64,000 nucleotides of DNA from Sphagnum compactum (GCA_965153455.1 OZ234493.1:18528213-18592212); one strand, 5' to 3'. Positions 38,501-51,619 are shown, counted from the stretch's first letter. Numbers and translations: made by a program. Notes: generated from the letters alone by a model not told the origin.

Positions 38501-41428
38501 TACTTGTTGCTCTTAGATTACGGAGCAATAAAAATGGCCCAACAAGCAAGCGTGAAAACAAGTCTTGCCTAAAATAGGACCGACCATAATATACATAAGG
38601 AGAAATTTTGACAATTGAGTTATGCGGTTTTATTTATCCGGCTTTCCACTTGTGGGTAAAGCAAAGCAAAGCATTCGTTTTTCCAAATATTTGTGGAGAA
38701 TCGAGTGAAAAAGTCACAACCAATGCCCATAATTGGCTTCCATGTCCGTTTACATGACCAGTGGCAAATCAAGGACCACCAAATTGGTATTTACCTATAC
38801 ATGGCCAAGTCATGACCAAAAAAAGGTACCAAATTGGGGCAAATTTGCAGCTAATTTGGGCAGCTTGCCATTCCGATTGTCAGGGGAACCTGTTTTTCCG
38901 CATACACACACGCAAAATCTAACAAAAATCAGCACACACTTTGCCCCACTCCTTCAGAACAACAAACAGTATTCCACAATATCCGAGGTACTTTTGGATG
39001 TGTTTGCTAAACCTTACTAAAGATTGCGCTTCTAATCAGCACCCCCTAAGCAAAATGGGGAAAATATCAAAGAGTTAATAAGGAAACTGAGTCTGATTTT
39101 AGTAAAATTTCACTAAATGTATTAACAGGACCCACATCCCCCATAACTATGCAAAATACACATCAAGTTGAGTGTTTGTAAATAGTAACTCAATGGTTGA
39201 GACAATAAACAATTTTTGCACAAGTTGGGAGTTCAATACTCAACAATTTTGACAACTATCAATAATTTTTTTCTCTGTTTTTTTGGCAAGACCTTTTGAG
39301 AATTATTTGGTGCCAAACATGAGTGAGTAGGAACAATACTTACATGTCCAAACTCAATTTTGCACTATTTAAATGTTGTACTTCATCCAAAGTAAATAAA
39401 ATAAAATCGTGTATAGTAAACCCCATTTACAATCATGCCCATTTTAATCATATTTTTGTTTGCGTCACGTATTTGTCGGTAACCATCTGTTTTGTTAAAA
39501 ACACCATTTTTTAAAGTCACAATCACATTCAATAGTAAGACAAAATATTTGCAAAGCTTTTTTTTGTACATATGATTATAATGAGAGAAATTCAAAGCAA
39601 ATATTAGAGTTTTGTAAAATGTAGTTCCCTTTGACAATGTTAGTGTTGTTTTGTATTCAAGTTGTGCAAACTAACAACAATGAATCTAGTTGAAAAAAAG
39701 GACAACTTTTTGTGCATACAAACAAAAAAAAGTGCAATCTTGCCAAGAAAATAAAAAATCTTAATTTAAAAAAATTAGTTGAAAACATACACAAGCTAAT
39801 AGGTAAGGAGCTCAAATTCAATGTAAATTGTCAAGTTAAAATAGACAGAAATCACAACCTTCTTCAAGTTTAATAATGCATAGTAGAGCTTAGGATAACC
39901 CATGTAAGAAATTTAAACATAGGCACCTTTATCTAGTTTAAAGGGCTATTTTGTAATAAAAAAAATTAACCCTATAATCACAATCTTGTAAAAGTTTATA
40001 TGAAATGTGACGATTAAAACTACACCTTGCGACAAAATAAACTATACATGTTTAAATCACAATTCATTAGTGTCATAAAACAAATAAGCGGTCACCAAGG
40101 GCATGATTATAAAGGGGGTTTACTGTACTACTTATGTTACTATGAAAAAAACCTCAGTTGCTTTACTCTGCACCATATCCACAATGTCCAAGGTTGGCAC
40201 AGAATTCATGAAGCCTTTTGAAATTGAAGCTCACCTGCCCCTGCAAAGAAGAAGGGACGGTGTCAAACTGTTTTGGGTACTTACGACAGAAACAGAAAAG
40301 GGGAAACAATTTGTCAGAGTCAGCCCACCATCTGTCTACCATTATGCTCTAGTCACTTCCATATATGTTATGGTAGATTATTCCACCAGCTAGAGAGGTA
40401 GCACTTGTGCTACAACACTTTGAGAGAGTTCATGGCTAATTCTTGGTAGGCCCCATAGCAGCCACCAACACATCTACCTGATCAGAAGGTATGAAATATA
40501 CATTAAAAAAATTATACATATACACATATATATATATAATAGACTCTCCAACAGCCATCACCTCATGGGCAGATACACTACTTTCACCAACAAGTCTATC
40601 TTCAGCACAAAGCTGTATGGGCAGCAGCAACAAGTATGCTTTCACGTCAAGCTGGCAAAGCATAATTGTCAACTTGCAATTCTATACAAAGTTGTTCCAA
40701 AAGCTTTAGCAACAGATGGAGATATGGTATATACAGCCTCAATTCCACACCACCATTGAAGTTGTTTTTTTGTTTTTCCTTCCTATATAGCCCTATCCAT
40801 GTTTGCACACGCTTGTAGACAGACAGACAGACAAACAGACAGACTTTCTACTTCATTTTACTTTGCCGTCTCACAAATGGCAAATGGCTTGCTGTAACAA
40901 CAGTAAGTGATACTCTGCAACAATGGGTACCTTCTACTACCTTGCCTTTTTATGTCAACAAGCCTGTTGTAGCACACACCTAAAGAGCATTTCCAATGTC
41001 AGCAGTAGTAAACATACACAAATACTTGATTGAAGAACCCTGTTTAGATTTTGTGAAATTAAGTTTGAACTTGTAAAAAATGTATAAGATGGATTTTATT
41101 TTTTTTCAATTTTATGGTTTCAAAAGTTTGGCTTAGACTTTCCAAAAAAATTTAGCAAATTCTTTCTGAATTTACACTTTCAAAAGTCCAAAAACAATGG
41201 TTGTCACACTATGAAAATTCACTAGAATAAAGACTGCCGATGCATAGAATACAATGATCTTCAAAAGGGCTACTAAAAGAACATGATTGCTTTGATGCAG
41301 TTGATCATAATGATGATTGATGCATGTGCTGACATTTTAATAATCTCTCCCATTATATTGTTCCACTTTTCATGTTTGTGGCGTGAAGATTTGAAAATAA
41401 TCTGTATTCTATGTTGATGTGCTAAATA

Positions 41429-41832
41429 CTGTAGAGGCCCCCAATAGGGGGTGTGGGTGGAGATGCCACTCTTAGGAGCATCTCCACCCCAAAACTGTAA
41501 ACAACTCCTTTATTTTAAAATACAATAGTGTTTAATGATCACTATCCCCACCAACAAACATCATAAAAATTCCCTTTAAACACTCAAAGACCATTTATGT
41601 CTTTACATCTGGACGAGTAATAGTCGCTGTCCAAATCCATAGTAGAAAAAAGATTTTAAAGGGGATAAAATGACCACTGCAAAATGAACATCAATACAGG
41701 AGCCGCTGAAGGATTAATGCTATCATGCTGCAAGATTTAATGAAAAGGGGTGTTTGCAGGTGTGGGGTGGAGATGCTCTTAGTCGGGCATCTCCACCCAC
41801 ACCCAGCAAATATATTTGGGCCTCTACAACGG
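41429..41832. mobile_element. MITE-like element with about 80-bp imperfect TIRs, each containing an internal palindrome
   Basis: The left arm TGTAGAGGCCC...GGGTGTGGGTGGAGATGCC-n-GAGCATCTCCACCCC is mirrored by the right arm GGGGTGGAGATGCTC-n-GGCATCTCCACCCACACCC...GGGCCTCTACA. TA flanks both sides (41427-28, 41833-34). Confidence 0.7.
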
Positions 41833-44800
41833 TATATCACATCCACCATATAGTGTACACTATTCCTTCATCCGCACTTAAACACGAAATAGTGGACAGT
41901 ATAATGTAAGAGAATATGTAAATCTCACCATCTGAGCGAATCATTAAGGTTGGCCAATCAGAAACAGTCATTTCCTTTTATTGGTTCACTTTGAGGGCAT
42001 TGTATCGTAGACAAATTTACAGGCCAACACTCACAAGTTTCACACTATTGGACTTGTATACTTTGATCAAGATATATATTATACGGGTCATTTTACTGAT
42101 GTGGGTGGAGATGCTCTCTCCATGGAACATTTGGAGAGTAGTTTCTCTGTCTCAGTGTGAAATCAGATCACTGCATGGAGGCTGAAAGTGGGGGCTGGAA
42201 AACTGGACTAGTTGTGGGGCCTGGGAATTTTGTACACGAACAGACAACAGACTGTGCTCCCTATGAGAAGATGAGAATCAGATAAAAGTGTTGGTGGACG
42301 GTGGCCAATGAGGATCAGTTCTTGTGAAAAAGGTCACAACACAAGCTGTAAAGCTTTTGTCTTGTAGTTCAGTTCATGGGTCCGATTCTTTTCTAGTCCA
42401 TTGCTCTAATTTTCTTCGTCTTGAAATGAGATAGAGAGCCTTGGAGAGCTAACCCTAGAAAGAAAAAAAAAGCACTCAGTTGTGGCCAGTTGTGGCCAGT
42501 TGAATTGGTGATGCACATTCATGGGATTACATCAGTTCGTACACCAAACCAAACTCTCCTCCATCCAATAAGCTTCATGACAAATTGCCCAAACTAGAAC
42601 CCCAGTGAGATAATTCAAAGCTAGATGTATGGGCCACACTTGGAAGCGAAGAAGATTAAGGTTCACTTTGCAATCAAGCTGATGACCTTTTGCATGTGTA
42701 TGTGTGACATTATGGAGCTTCAAATGCATAGTTGTCCCCAGCCCCAATTCCCAAAGCCCTTGTTGGTCTCTTTCGGAGAAATGCTTCATCCTAGCAAATT
42801 ATACACCAAGCATAATACAAAAAGTGCAGATGATGACTGTTATATGACTGCCCCCTTGGGTTCATCATCCTTTTGCCAGAGTCCAATTCAACCAGTTGTG
42901 TTGTGTGGGTATCAGAAATGACACCAAATCCCCCTTGGTCATCAGGTTGGTTCTTTAATTGTGAAAAGCTTCAAGTTACTTCTTAGTGTATTTCAAGGCA
43001 CTCTTATGTAGAGTGTAAGATTTCGTGGAGCTTTCTGTTTTTGGAAATGCTTCACATTGTTTTTTTCCTCGTGATACCCAATGGGTACTGATGAAATACC
43101 TGTCAAGTATCATGGGGGAAAATTTGAAATAAAAAATCACGTCAATTTTCACACTTGTCATAATTTTTGCACTCTTCCTTTCCTTCATTCAGCCTATTTC
43201 AGCAGCTTTTTCACCTTGTATTTTCCACCTTGGATGTATAGTGTAATTCATGGTTTCTCTCAATAAAGTTGCACAGTTGTTTCCTGTGTGAAGTTGTCAT
43301 TCTTTAGCACAGAATACAAAGTGAAGAATGCCAAACATTCACACTAAGGAGGGAACTTAGTTGTTGTTATATTGAGGAGTAAGCAAGGGGACACACTTGT
43401 TCGCGCACCCCAAAAAAAAAAGGAGTAAGTTTGAAATAATTCATGACCTTCAAACTTGTATCTTGCAAATATCCAGGTTTGCTGAGTATGCTCAGAAGCA
43501 CAATAGATGATGAGAAGCCGCCAGCCCTGCGATCTCTAGAGCCTTGTTCACACATAAAGCACCAGCAGAAATTTCATAGTGTATTTGCAGGGCACCTTAC
43601 TCAAAGGAATTTTTCCTCCGCTTATACCCGTGAAATGCCTCCACTCGTTTTTCTCCCACAATACCCTTGTGTTTCTCATGATACCCGTGGGTATATTTTC
43701 CCATGATACCCAGCAGATACCTGATGGATACCACTGAGTATCACAGGAAAAGAGCGAAAATACAAATTTCTGGGACTTGGGTGGACTTGGGTGGGTACCC
43801 AACACAAACTTGAATGAGTAGCCGTACATGGTGGTGGTAGTAGTAGTAGGCCTGAACTACCCTACCTCTTGATGGGATTCACTTGTTAGACAACCAAATA
43901 TTTGTGAGATTTCTCCCCAAATTCCATACCATGGAGGTTCCATTGTGGATGAAATGGATTGGTATAGATGCAAAACATTTCCCATTTTTTATGAACACAT
44001 GTGCCTAATTTGCACTCTATGTTGTTGTCGGGTATTTCAGACCACAAAGAATATATCTCATAATCTCCAAATTCTACCCGATTCATGTGCTTGATATAAT
44101 TTGAAGAAATATCAATCATATATGTCCTTACCCATCTGTTATGTACATGCCTATATATGTGCAAAGGTATCTAGGCTCGATTGTCTAGAATTTACATTCT
44201 TGCACGACAAACTTCCATGTCCACACACCTATGGCATTATTCCCCGTGGTTGGAAAAGGCAAGATTCCAACACCTGAATTTGTCAAGTTTCTCTACTAGA
44301 AGGAAATGTCAATCCATTTCCCCCTAGTTCTCAAGTCTTCTCTAAGGGGGGTAAAAAAAAATACCAAAAACTAATCCTGAGCAGATTATGAAAAATCAAA
44401 TCACATCATGTCAAAATCAAATCTGTAGGATTTCAAACACACAAATCACTTAAGCCGGCGAATCAACACCTCTCTCAACAAGAGATCTAATCTCAACAGG
44501 ATCGCAAGGTGATCCTGTATGTGTGGGTATGCACTCTTAGTTAGATCGCGCTGTCGGACGTGAAAACATATTTGAAAAGTCTTGTAAATACCCAATTGCC
44601 CGTAAGTTGTCAAAGAAGCATTCAAAGCACACAAGGAAAAAATTATGTCCTATTTCAAAGGCTAAAGGGCTAGGAATTTCTCTTGGGAGCAGGCCGGGAC
44701 AGTTTAGGGTTTAGTGTATAGGTAGGTTATGGGTGGGGGCCAAAAGAAGCTCTCAAGCTTTTAAAAGGTCTATTTCTTCCATTTCAATAATACCAAGTCA

Positions 44801-45904
44801 TCCCCAGAAAAATGGATCAATTGAATGTAGTTACTTTAGTGATGTGATTCAGACAATTTTGTATTTTGTATCTATCTACCATTTAGCTTCACAAAGCAGC
44901 TTCCAAAACTAGACTTGAAAAACTCTTGTATATATCCCCCCCACCCTCCAACGGCAAAGAAGAATCAAACACAACCCGAACATTCCCTATTGTTGAGTAA
45001 CAAACTCTAGAATCAAATAAGAGCATGTTATGAATCACACAGTTCTATTTTTGGGTTTAAGAAGAAGATCACCTCCGTGCATTTAGCAAATAATTTTCAG
45101 TTCTATTTCTGGTTTTAGAAGGAAAAAAGCTATAGGCTATATCTGGGCATTATAGCAGATAATTAATTCTCAGTTCTATTTCAGGTTATCGATCTCTGTG
45201 TAATTTTACACATAATTCTAATTCTGTTGCTTGTCATGGTTTACAGCCTTAAAACACTTTCTATGTCTCAATTTGTTCAAAAACCCAAATTGCACACCTA
45301 CCAATAACTCTCTCTATTCAATACAGTGCACAGAAGAGAACATGCCAGGCCAGACTATCTGCACCTGTGCATGGCTTTGCAAGTTTTACAAGGTCTTGGA
45401 ATTTGTAATCTGTTTTCTATTAGTAGTGTCTGAACACTTAAGAACTCAAAGGAGGGTATGTTGAATCCTCGCGCATTGTTCCTTTGCTGCTTCTGAAGCT
45501 CACAGAAAATTTCTAGCCACCTAGCTAGCGCTTCCAACGCTCTGCAAAAAATTGCTCAATTTGAGAAAGAATGGGGGAAAGATATAAGGTGTTAGTGTAA
45601 GGGGGTTTGGTGTTTGGTGATGGATGAATTAAAACAGATTAGGATTTCAAGCTTAAAATCTTTGATAGTTGCAACTTTGCTTCTGGAATACAAATAGGTT
45701 TTGTAAAGCTCTAGTTGGCACACCCACTGAGTTTTACATCAGTCAAAACAGATTTAAAATGAGGAAGATATGGGGCTGGAACTAGAGAAGGGGTGTAGAG
45801 AGCTAAATTTTCAAAAAAAATTGAAGCAAACTCTCATTCACCCTCTTCCTGTGTTTTTCTGCATTGCTCCTTCACTTTTGATGCTCAAATTTGTAGGCCT
45901 CCAG

Positions 45905-46690
45905 TTTGCACATCCAATGACATAAACATCGCTCAATTTGGTTAATGAATGAAGAAAATATTGTAAAGTGTTGGATGACAGATAAAAAAATATATTGTAA
46001 AGCGTTGGATGATAGGCAAATGTTCCAAACATCGCTCAATTTGGTCAAGGAATGAGATAGTTTTTGTAAACTGTTGGATGATAGGTAAAAAATATTGCAA
46101 AGCATTGGATGATAGGTAAACATTCCAAACATCGCTCAATTTGGTTAAGCAATGAGGAAAATTTTGTAAAGTGTTGGATGGTAGGTAAATGTTCCAAACA
46201 TTGCTCAATTTGGTTAAGGAATGAGAAATTTTTTGTAAAGTGTTGGATGATAGGTAAAAAATATTGCAAAGCATTGGATGATAGGTAAAACATTCCAAAC
46301 ATCGCTCAATTTGGTTAAGCAATGAGGAAAATTTTGTAAAGTGTTGGATGGTAGGTAAACGTTCCAAACACTCAATTTGGTTAAGGAATGAGAAATTTTT
46401 TGTGAAGTGTTGGATGATAGGTAAACGCTCAATCTGGTTAAGGAATGAGAAATTTTTTGTGAAGTGTTGGATGACAGGTAAACGTTCCAAACATCGCTCA
46501 ATTTGGTTAAGCAATGAGGAAACTTTTGTTTAGTGTTGTTGGACGATACGTAAAAAAACATCATAAAGTGCTGGATGATAGGTAAAAAAAATATTGTAAA
46601 GTGTTGGATGATAGGTAAAAAAATGTTCCAAAACATCACTCAATTTGGTTTAGAGGGAAATTTTTGTAAAGTGTTGGATGATAGGTTAAT
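45905..46690. repeat. Composite minisatellite built from about 30-bp (GTAAAGTGTTGGATGATAGGTAAA) and about 45-bp (CCAAACATCGCTCAATTTGGTTAAG(G/C)AATGAG) modules
   Basis: About 15 TTGGATG-type modules and about 9 CTCAATTTGGTTAA-type modules are visible. They explain the repetitive ORFs on the minus strand. Confidence 0.92.
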
Positions 46691-48054
46691 ATTTCATGAT
46701 GCGCGGTTCTACCCTAGTACATAGCCAGTCCAAATAAGACAACTAGTTTTCTTTAGTAAATTAGGTGTTTCGGTGCTGTGGTTGGGTGTTCCCCTCGCAT
46801 TGCTGTGTTTTGCTCTCTCTTTCTCCAATGGATTTAACCATTTGTGCCAAAACAAAACAAGACTACAAATTACAAGCCTTAAAATACGAGTCAACAGTAT
46901 TTCATCTTCTCTCAAAATCCCATCCCCCACACTAACAACTACATATTAGTCCTTGTGCACAAGAGGGCACAACAAAACTCAGCAAATTCATTCACAATCT
47001 GCTGATGCTTTCTTCCAAACAACACAACAAAACAATCCACATAATTGCATATCACGACAGAAAGGAGTACATCTGTTTGAAGGACTAACAGCAAGAAAAC
47101 GCCCCCTCTCCTTCCCAAAACACCCAACTTTCACCCAATCAAGTTGTCATACACCACATACCCACAACACACATCTTGCACATGACACCCAAGTCTTACA
47201 AAACACCAACCTCACAAGGACATCCAAAGAGCTTCACATAATCAGATTAGGTAACTGACACTATGGCAATCATCATTTACTAAAATCCAAAAAGAACTCC
47301 CAAATCCTTCTGAGTTATCCTGAATAACAGGACATTATTGTACCACAAGGTCATTCAAGAGAAACAAATACTAAAATCTTTATTTTGCACAAAGTGTTTT
47401 TGTGATACACAGAGGGCTGGAGCTCAATGAGCTCTCAAGGGTAAATTACAGGGGGCATGTAAAAGGTTGGGGAAGAAGAAAATTACATAAAGTTTACAGG
47501 GGATGGTCACAATATCTGTACATGACTAATTGCCGTAAAAAGATGGGAACTAAGAAACTCAAATTCTCTCTTAAGATGCAAAACTCTCAAAGATTTTGGC
47601 TATGCAACAACTGTTAAATGGCAGTGTTGCTCCAGCTAGTTGCCTTGTCTAGCCGCACTCCTCACTCTTTCTCGCTTGCTCTCTCTACGCTGCTCCGTAA
47701 TGTGTACAGGGGTTGTGAATGGAGAAGACTCTTACATAAATAACAAGCTGTCCTCTTCAACAACTTATAGTCAGCTTCACCATAAGAATGTAACAAACTT
47801 TTCGATTGGCTCCCAGCAGATATTGTCAATCTCTCAAAATCAGTACAAATCCCGTTTCTAAGATTTACCTCTCTGCTGTTCACCATCCAAGCCATCCAGT
47901 CAAACTGGGATGTGCTTCCATGCTCCCTAGCTTCCAGGCTCCCTCCAGACAAGAAGGTATCAAATGGACCACCACAAGATACCACCATCCAAGTACTGTC
48001 TTCAATGGAGTCTACCCTGCAAATGTTGCAGGGGTACTACTCATTACTCCCCGA

Positions 48055-48930
48055 CTATGCAAAGGCAGAGACACGACAGCATGAATCAGATCCAGATGAA
48101 GCAAAACCTTCAATGCGCACCACTGGATTCGCCTTGTAAGATGAAGGTCCACAAGATGAGATCTGCTGTGACAGCACTGACTGAGCTCTTTGATGCAGGA
48201 ACTGAACATCATGTATCAGTGGATTGCCTGAGCGACTTGGGGGTGATCCACAAAAGTAAGGGGGTGAACATGCAAAACTGGATGTGTCATTATATCCTCC
48301 CTGCACCATGGACACAACCAAACATCAGTTCCAGATGTCGGATGCAAACACAAACAAAAATACAAAAAAACAAATGATCAAGAAATGTCATATTCCCAAT
48401 TAACAAATTGAAATGAAAAGAATACAACCTACCTTGCTCAGAAAAATGTCAAGAATTTCAAAACCAGCATCACCTTCACCTCGCATTGTTGAATGGCTGC
48501 ACAAAAATAGATATCAAAAGATAAGTATGGTGCAAGCATGTAAAAACTTCACACAGATAACACTGAGAACAAACTATACATGAGCAGCTTGAGAACAGGG
48601 TCACATAGAAAACTCCAAAATACTAAATGACTTCAACACAAGAAACTAAATCCCAAAGGATTTGTGTCAATTTTCAGAAAGCATATACATTATGGAGTTC
48701 AAAGATGGGCACCTTCGGCACCTGCGAGATGGTTTCATGAACTCTGTGGCAGGACCTGAGATGTTAGTTGCACGCCTGGGCTTTGGACATATCACTTCTT
48801 CTTCATGTCCTTCACCACGGTAACCTCCTCTCTGCCTCCTCCTTTCACTCATTTCTGGACGATTCTCCAAAGAGTTCCAGGGACCAGCAAATTGCTGGAC
48901 TCCAGAGAGATTTCTTGCACAGATCTCCAG
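48055..48930 (-). CDS. Uncharacterised conserved plant protein (ICPKPRR / ILDIFLSK / [16 protein letters not shown] / VRIEGF family); complement(join(48055..48300,48433..48496,48713..48930)); 175 aa from CUG 48930 or 149 aa from first AUG 48852
   Basis: Three exons join in frame through GT-AG introns (donors 48712 and 48432; acceptors 48497 and 48301) and carry the family motifs in order. From recall, this is the family of Arabidopsis At1g13390/At3g02555/At5g16110; this needs a search to confirm. The start codon is uncertain. Confidence 0.85.
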
Positions 48931-49798
48931 TTTGGCAGTTTTTGTTCACCAAGAACAATGAAGATGTTACTGTTGTCTCTTGGAGAACAAGACACTGTAC
49001 TGTACCACCAGCTTTACTCCTGCTTTACTGTTCTCCAGTGAAGTATTTACAAGTTCACTAGTGGAGCTTCAATGGGAGCTTGAAGAAACCAATAGTGAGC
49101 AAAGTATTTTGAAAAATTGTGCTACAAAACTGAGCTCAACATTTACAAGTGGCTCACATATGTACAGGATGTCCCTCAAGTCCTGCACAACACAACCCAT
49201 CCACATAACAATCAGTTAACTGAACACACATTGCAACACTGTGCAAAACACACTTCAAATGAATCATTTTCCTCACCACCTGAAACTTCAGGAACAAGTT
49301 TACAAAATAGCTAAGGCAGTCAAGATTTGATGGACATTAGACCAAGATCCACAGACCAGATCTGAAGCATATGACCTCAATGGGCTGCAAAGACATGAGA
49401 AGAGGAAATAAGTTTTGCAAGGGTGGACCATGCAGGTGAACTGGTTCCATAAACTGTCAACAAGGGTGACATATATCCCTTGAACACACCCTGTGGATTT
49501 TACATTTCTCTGAAGAAGCGTGATCTTATCTGAATCTGAGCCCAGATCAGAAGACCAGCAAACATCCTATTCTCCACAAGAACAGGGACACAACAAGCAA
49601 ACTGGTTGCACCAGCACCAGAATCCATTCCACAGCCAGCTTAAAATCTTGGTGCTGCTAGAGTAGGACTCATCTCAGTGGTGGTACAGTGTTTTTATCAG
49701 ACACTGTATCCAGTCTGGTGAAAACTTATGGAAGTGTACACACAAAAAACAGACTGCAACTAGGTTGAACCCATACAGCAAAAAGCTCATGCAATACC

Positions 49799-50029
49799 TC
49801 AGGCCTTCAACACAGGATTGAAAACTCTGAAGGTCCAGATGTTGAACATCAAACCTGACAGGCAACCACATGGGAGAACTGAATGCAAACAGTCCTTTCC
49901 AACCACGGGTAAACCAACCAAGACAATAGTACCGAAAGAGCAGTCAACTACGAATGCAAGAAACGTCAACAAGCTCTCTCCACACACTGGAGATAGCTCA
50001 GAAATGGCCTTATACTCAATAACGGCCAA
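49799..50029 (-). CDS. Candidate peptide uORF (76 codons from UUG; 16 codons from internal AUG 49849) in the 5' leader of the gene above
   Basis: Open frame LAVIEYKAISELSPVCGESLL...VDCSFG...MFNIWTFRVFNPVLKA*. The UUG has A at -3 and G at +4. The TGA lies 1 nt before a strong donor (GAG|GTATTG, 49797) of a leader intron whose acceptor is at 49079. Confidence 0.5.
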   Translation of the reverse strand: MAVIEYKAISELSPVCGESLLTFLAFVVDCSFGTIVLVGLPVVGKDCLHSVLPCGCLSGLMFNIWTFRVFNPVLKA

Positions 50030-51619
50030 AGTTCAAGGCAGTCGAAATGGATGACAGATTGCCAATGAAAAGAGCCGAGCTCCGACCCAGACGAGAACCA
50101 CCACCCCCTCTTCAGGGAGCAAACAAGCCTCAAGTGACACAACGCTGCAGACAGAGGACCTTACAGAAGCCTTTGGAACAGTTTGCTTATGTCTTCCTCC
50201 AAGACAGCAACGATGGCGTTACGAGAGCAAGCTATTGACGACACGACGACAGGGACCAATCAGGATGTTTGAAACCTTCTCGAGTCGCAGCAGCAGGCAA
50301 GGTAGAACAGCTACCACAAGATCAGAAAAAGGAAAAATTTTGATAACTTGGGAGGAGTACAAGAGAAACAAACATTCGCAGAGACTGGCAGAAATCCATA
50401 TAACTGACTACGGGAAGGAACAGATGTGTAGACAGATCCCAGAACACTGTTTTCGATTAGAAGAAACAGTGAACAAGTCACACACACAAAACAAGAGAAA
50501 CAGCCGACCAGAAACCCGCTAAAAATAGGGCAAGAGAGGGGAGACAAACAGTAGCAGAAGAAAGCAGATGCATCATTATCGTCGCGCAGACATGATAATC
50601 ACATACAAAACAGACACTCAGAGCTTCACAGAATGCGACAAAACCTAAGAAGACGTTCTTCACGACATCAGACATCTTCTCACAAAAACTCTACACTAAA
50701 CACACGGTCGGAACCAAGCCGCTTTTCACAGATGCAAAGGCGAACATACTGAGAGAGGAGTAGCGTGCGCCATACTACGCACAATCAGACTGAATACAAG
50801 TAGTATGAGAGGCAACTCAAGAAAACAGATCTCAACCAAGGCGCGAGGTGGTACTCTCCCTCGGGCATCACACAAGAAAAAATGAACAAAAGGCGCTCTG
50901 CTTCTAAGAGAAAACAAACGACTAAGGAGAGTAAAGAACCAACAGCAGGACTGACAGTCTATTGTCCAAAACAGAACCACAAGCCTCTCGCGCATCACGA
51001 CATCAGGAAGGAATGAAAACGGCCGCTCTAATTCTCAAAGAGAAAAACAACACCAGAAACAAAACTCCTACTCGCTCAGGAGAGCGAAAGAAGAAGCAGC
51101 AACAGGAAGGACTGAAGGTCTATGTCCAAAACAAACAAACAGACAGACGCGGAACAGAAACATAAGCCTCCAACGCGTCACGACATCAGGAAGCAATAAA
51201 ACCAAGGCCCTCGGATTCTCTCAAGGAGGAAATAAAAACAATACCAGAGAAGCCTACCGGCTAAGAAGAAAGACGAAAGGGAAGGAAAGAAGCTGCAGCA
51301 GGAAGAGGACTGACGGCTATGTTAAAAAAATACAGATGTGCTCGCTGTCCGTGACCTTCCAAAGCTCCCGCTTTCAAAGCAAATAGCAGAAGCAGAGATG
51401 CAAAACCTTGAGAAGAGAAGAAGAAGAAGAGAAAACATAAATCTTGTGTTGTGTGAAGAAAGCATACCAGGCTCGAGAACTGCGAAGGCAGTCCCGCGGA
51501 GACGAGGACCAAATAGGCAGCAGCAGCAGCAACAACAACTGAGTTAGAACATGACGATGAGATCTGCCGGGACAAAAGAGAAAAGGCGCAAGCAAAGCGC
51601 TCTTGTGCTACTGCGACAG

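Noticed and set aside
45838-46639. Repeat-protein-like ORFs (IIQHFTK..., LSSNTLQ...)
   Set aside because: Artefacts of the tandem repeat, with several frames open at once. It is not a CRISPR array either, since there are no unique spacers and the context is eukaryotic.
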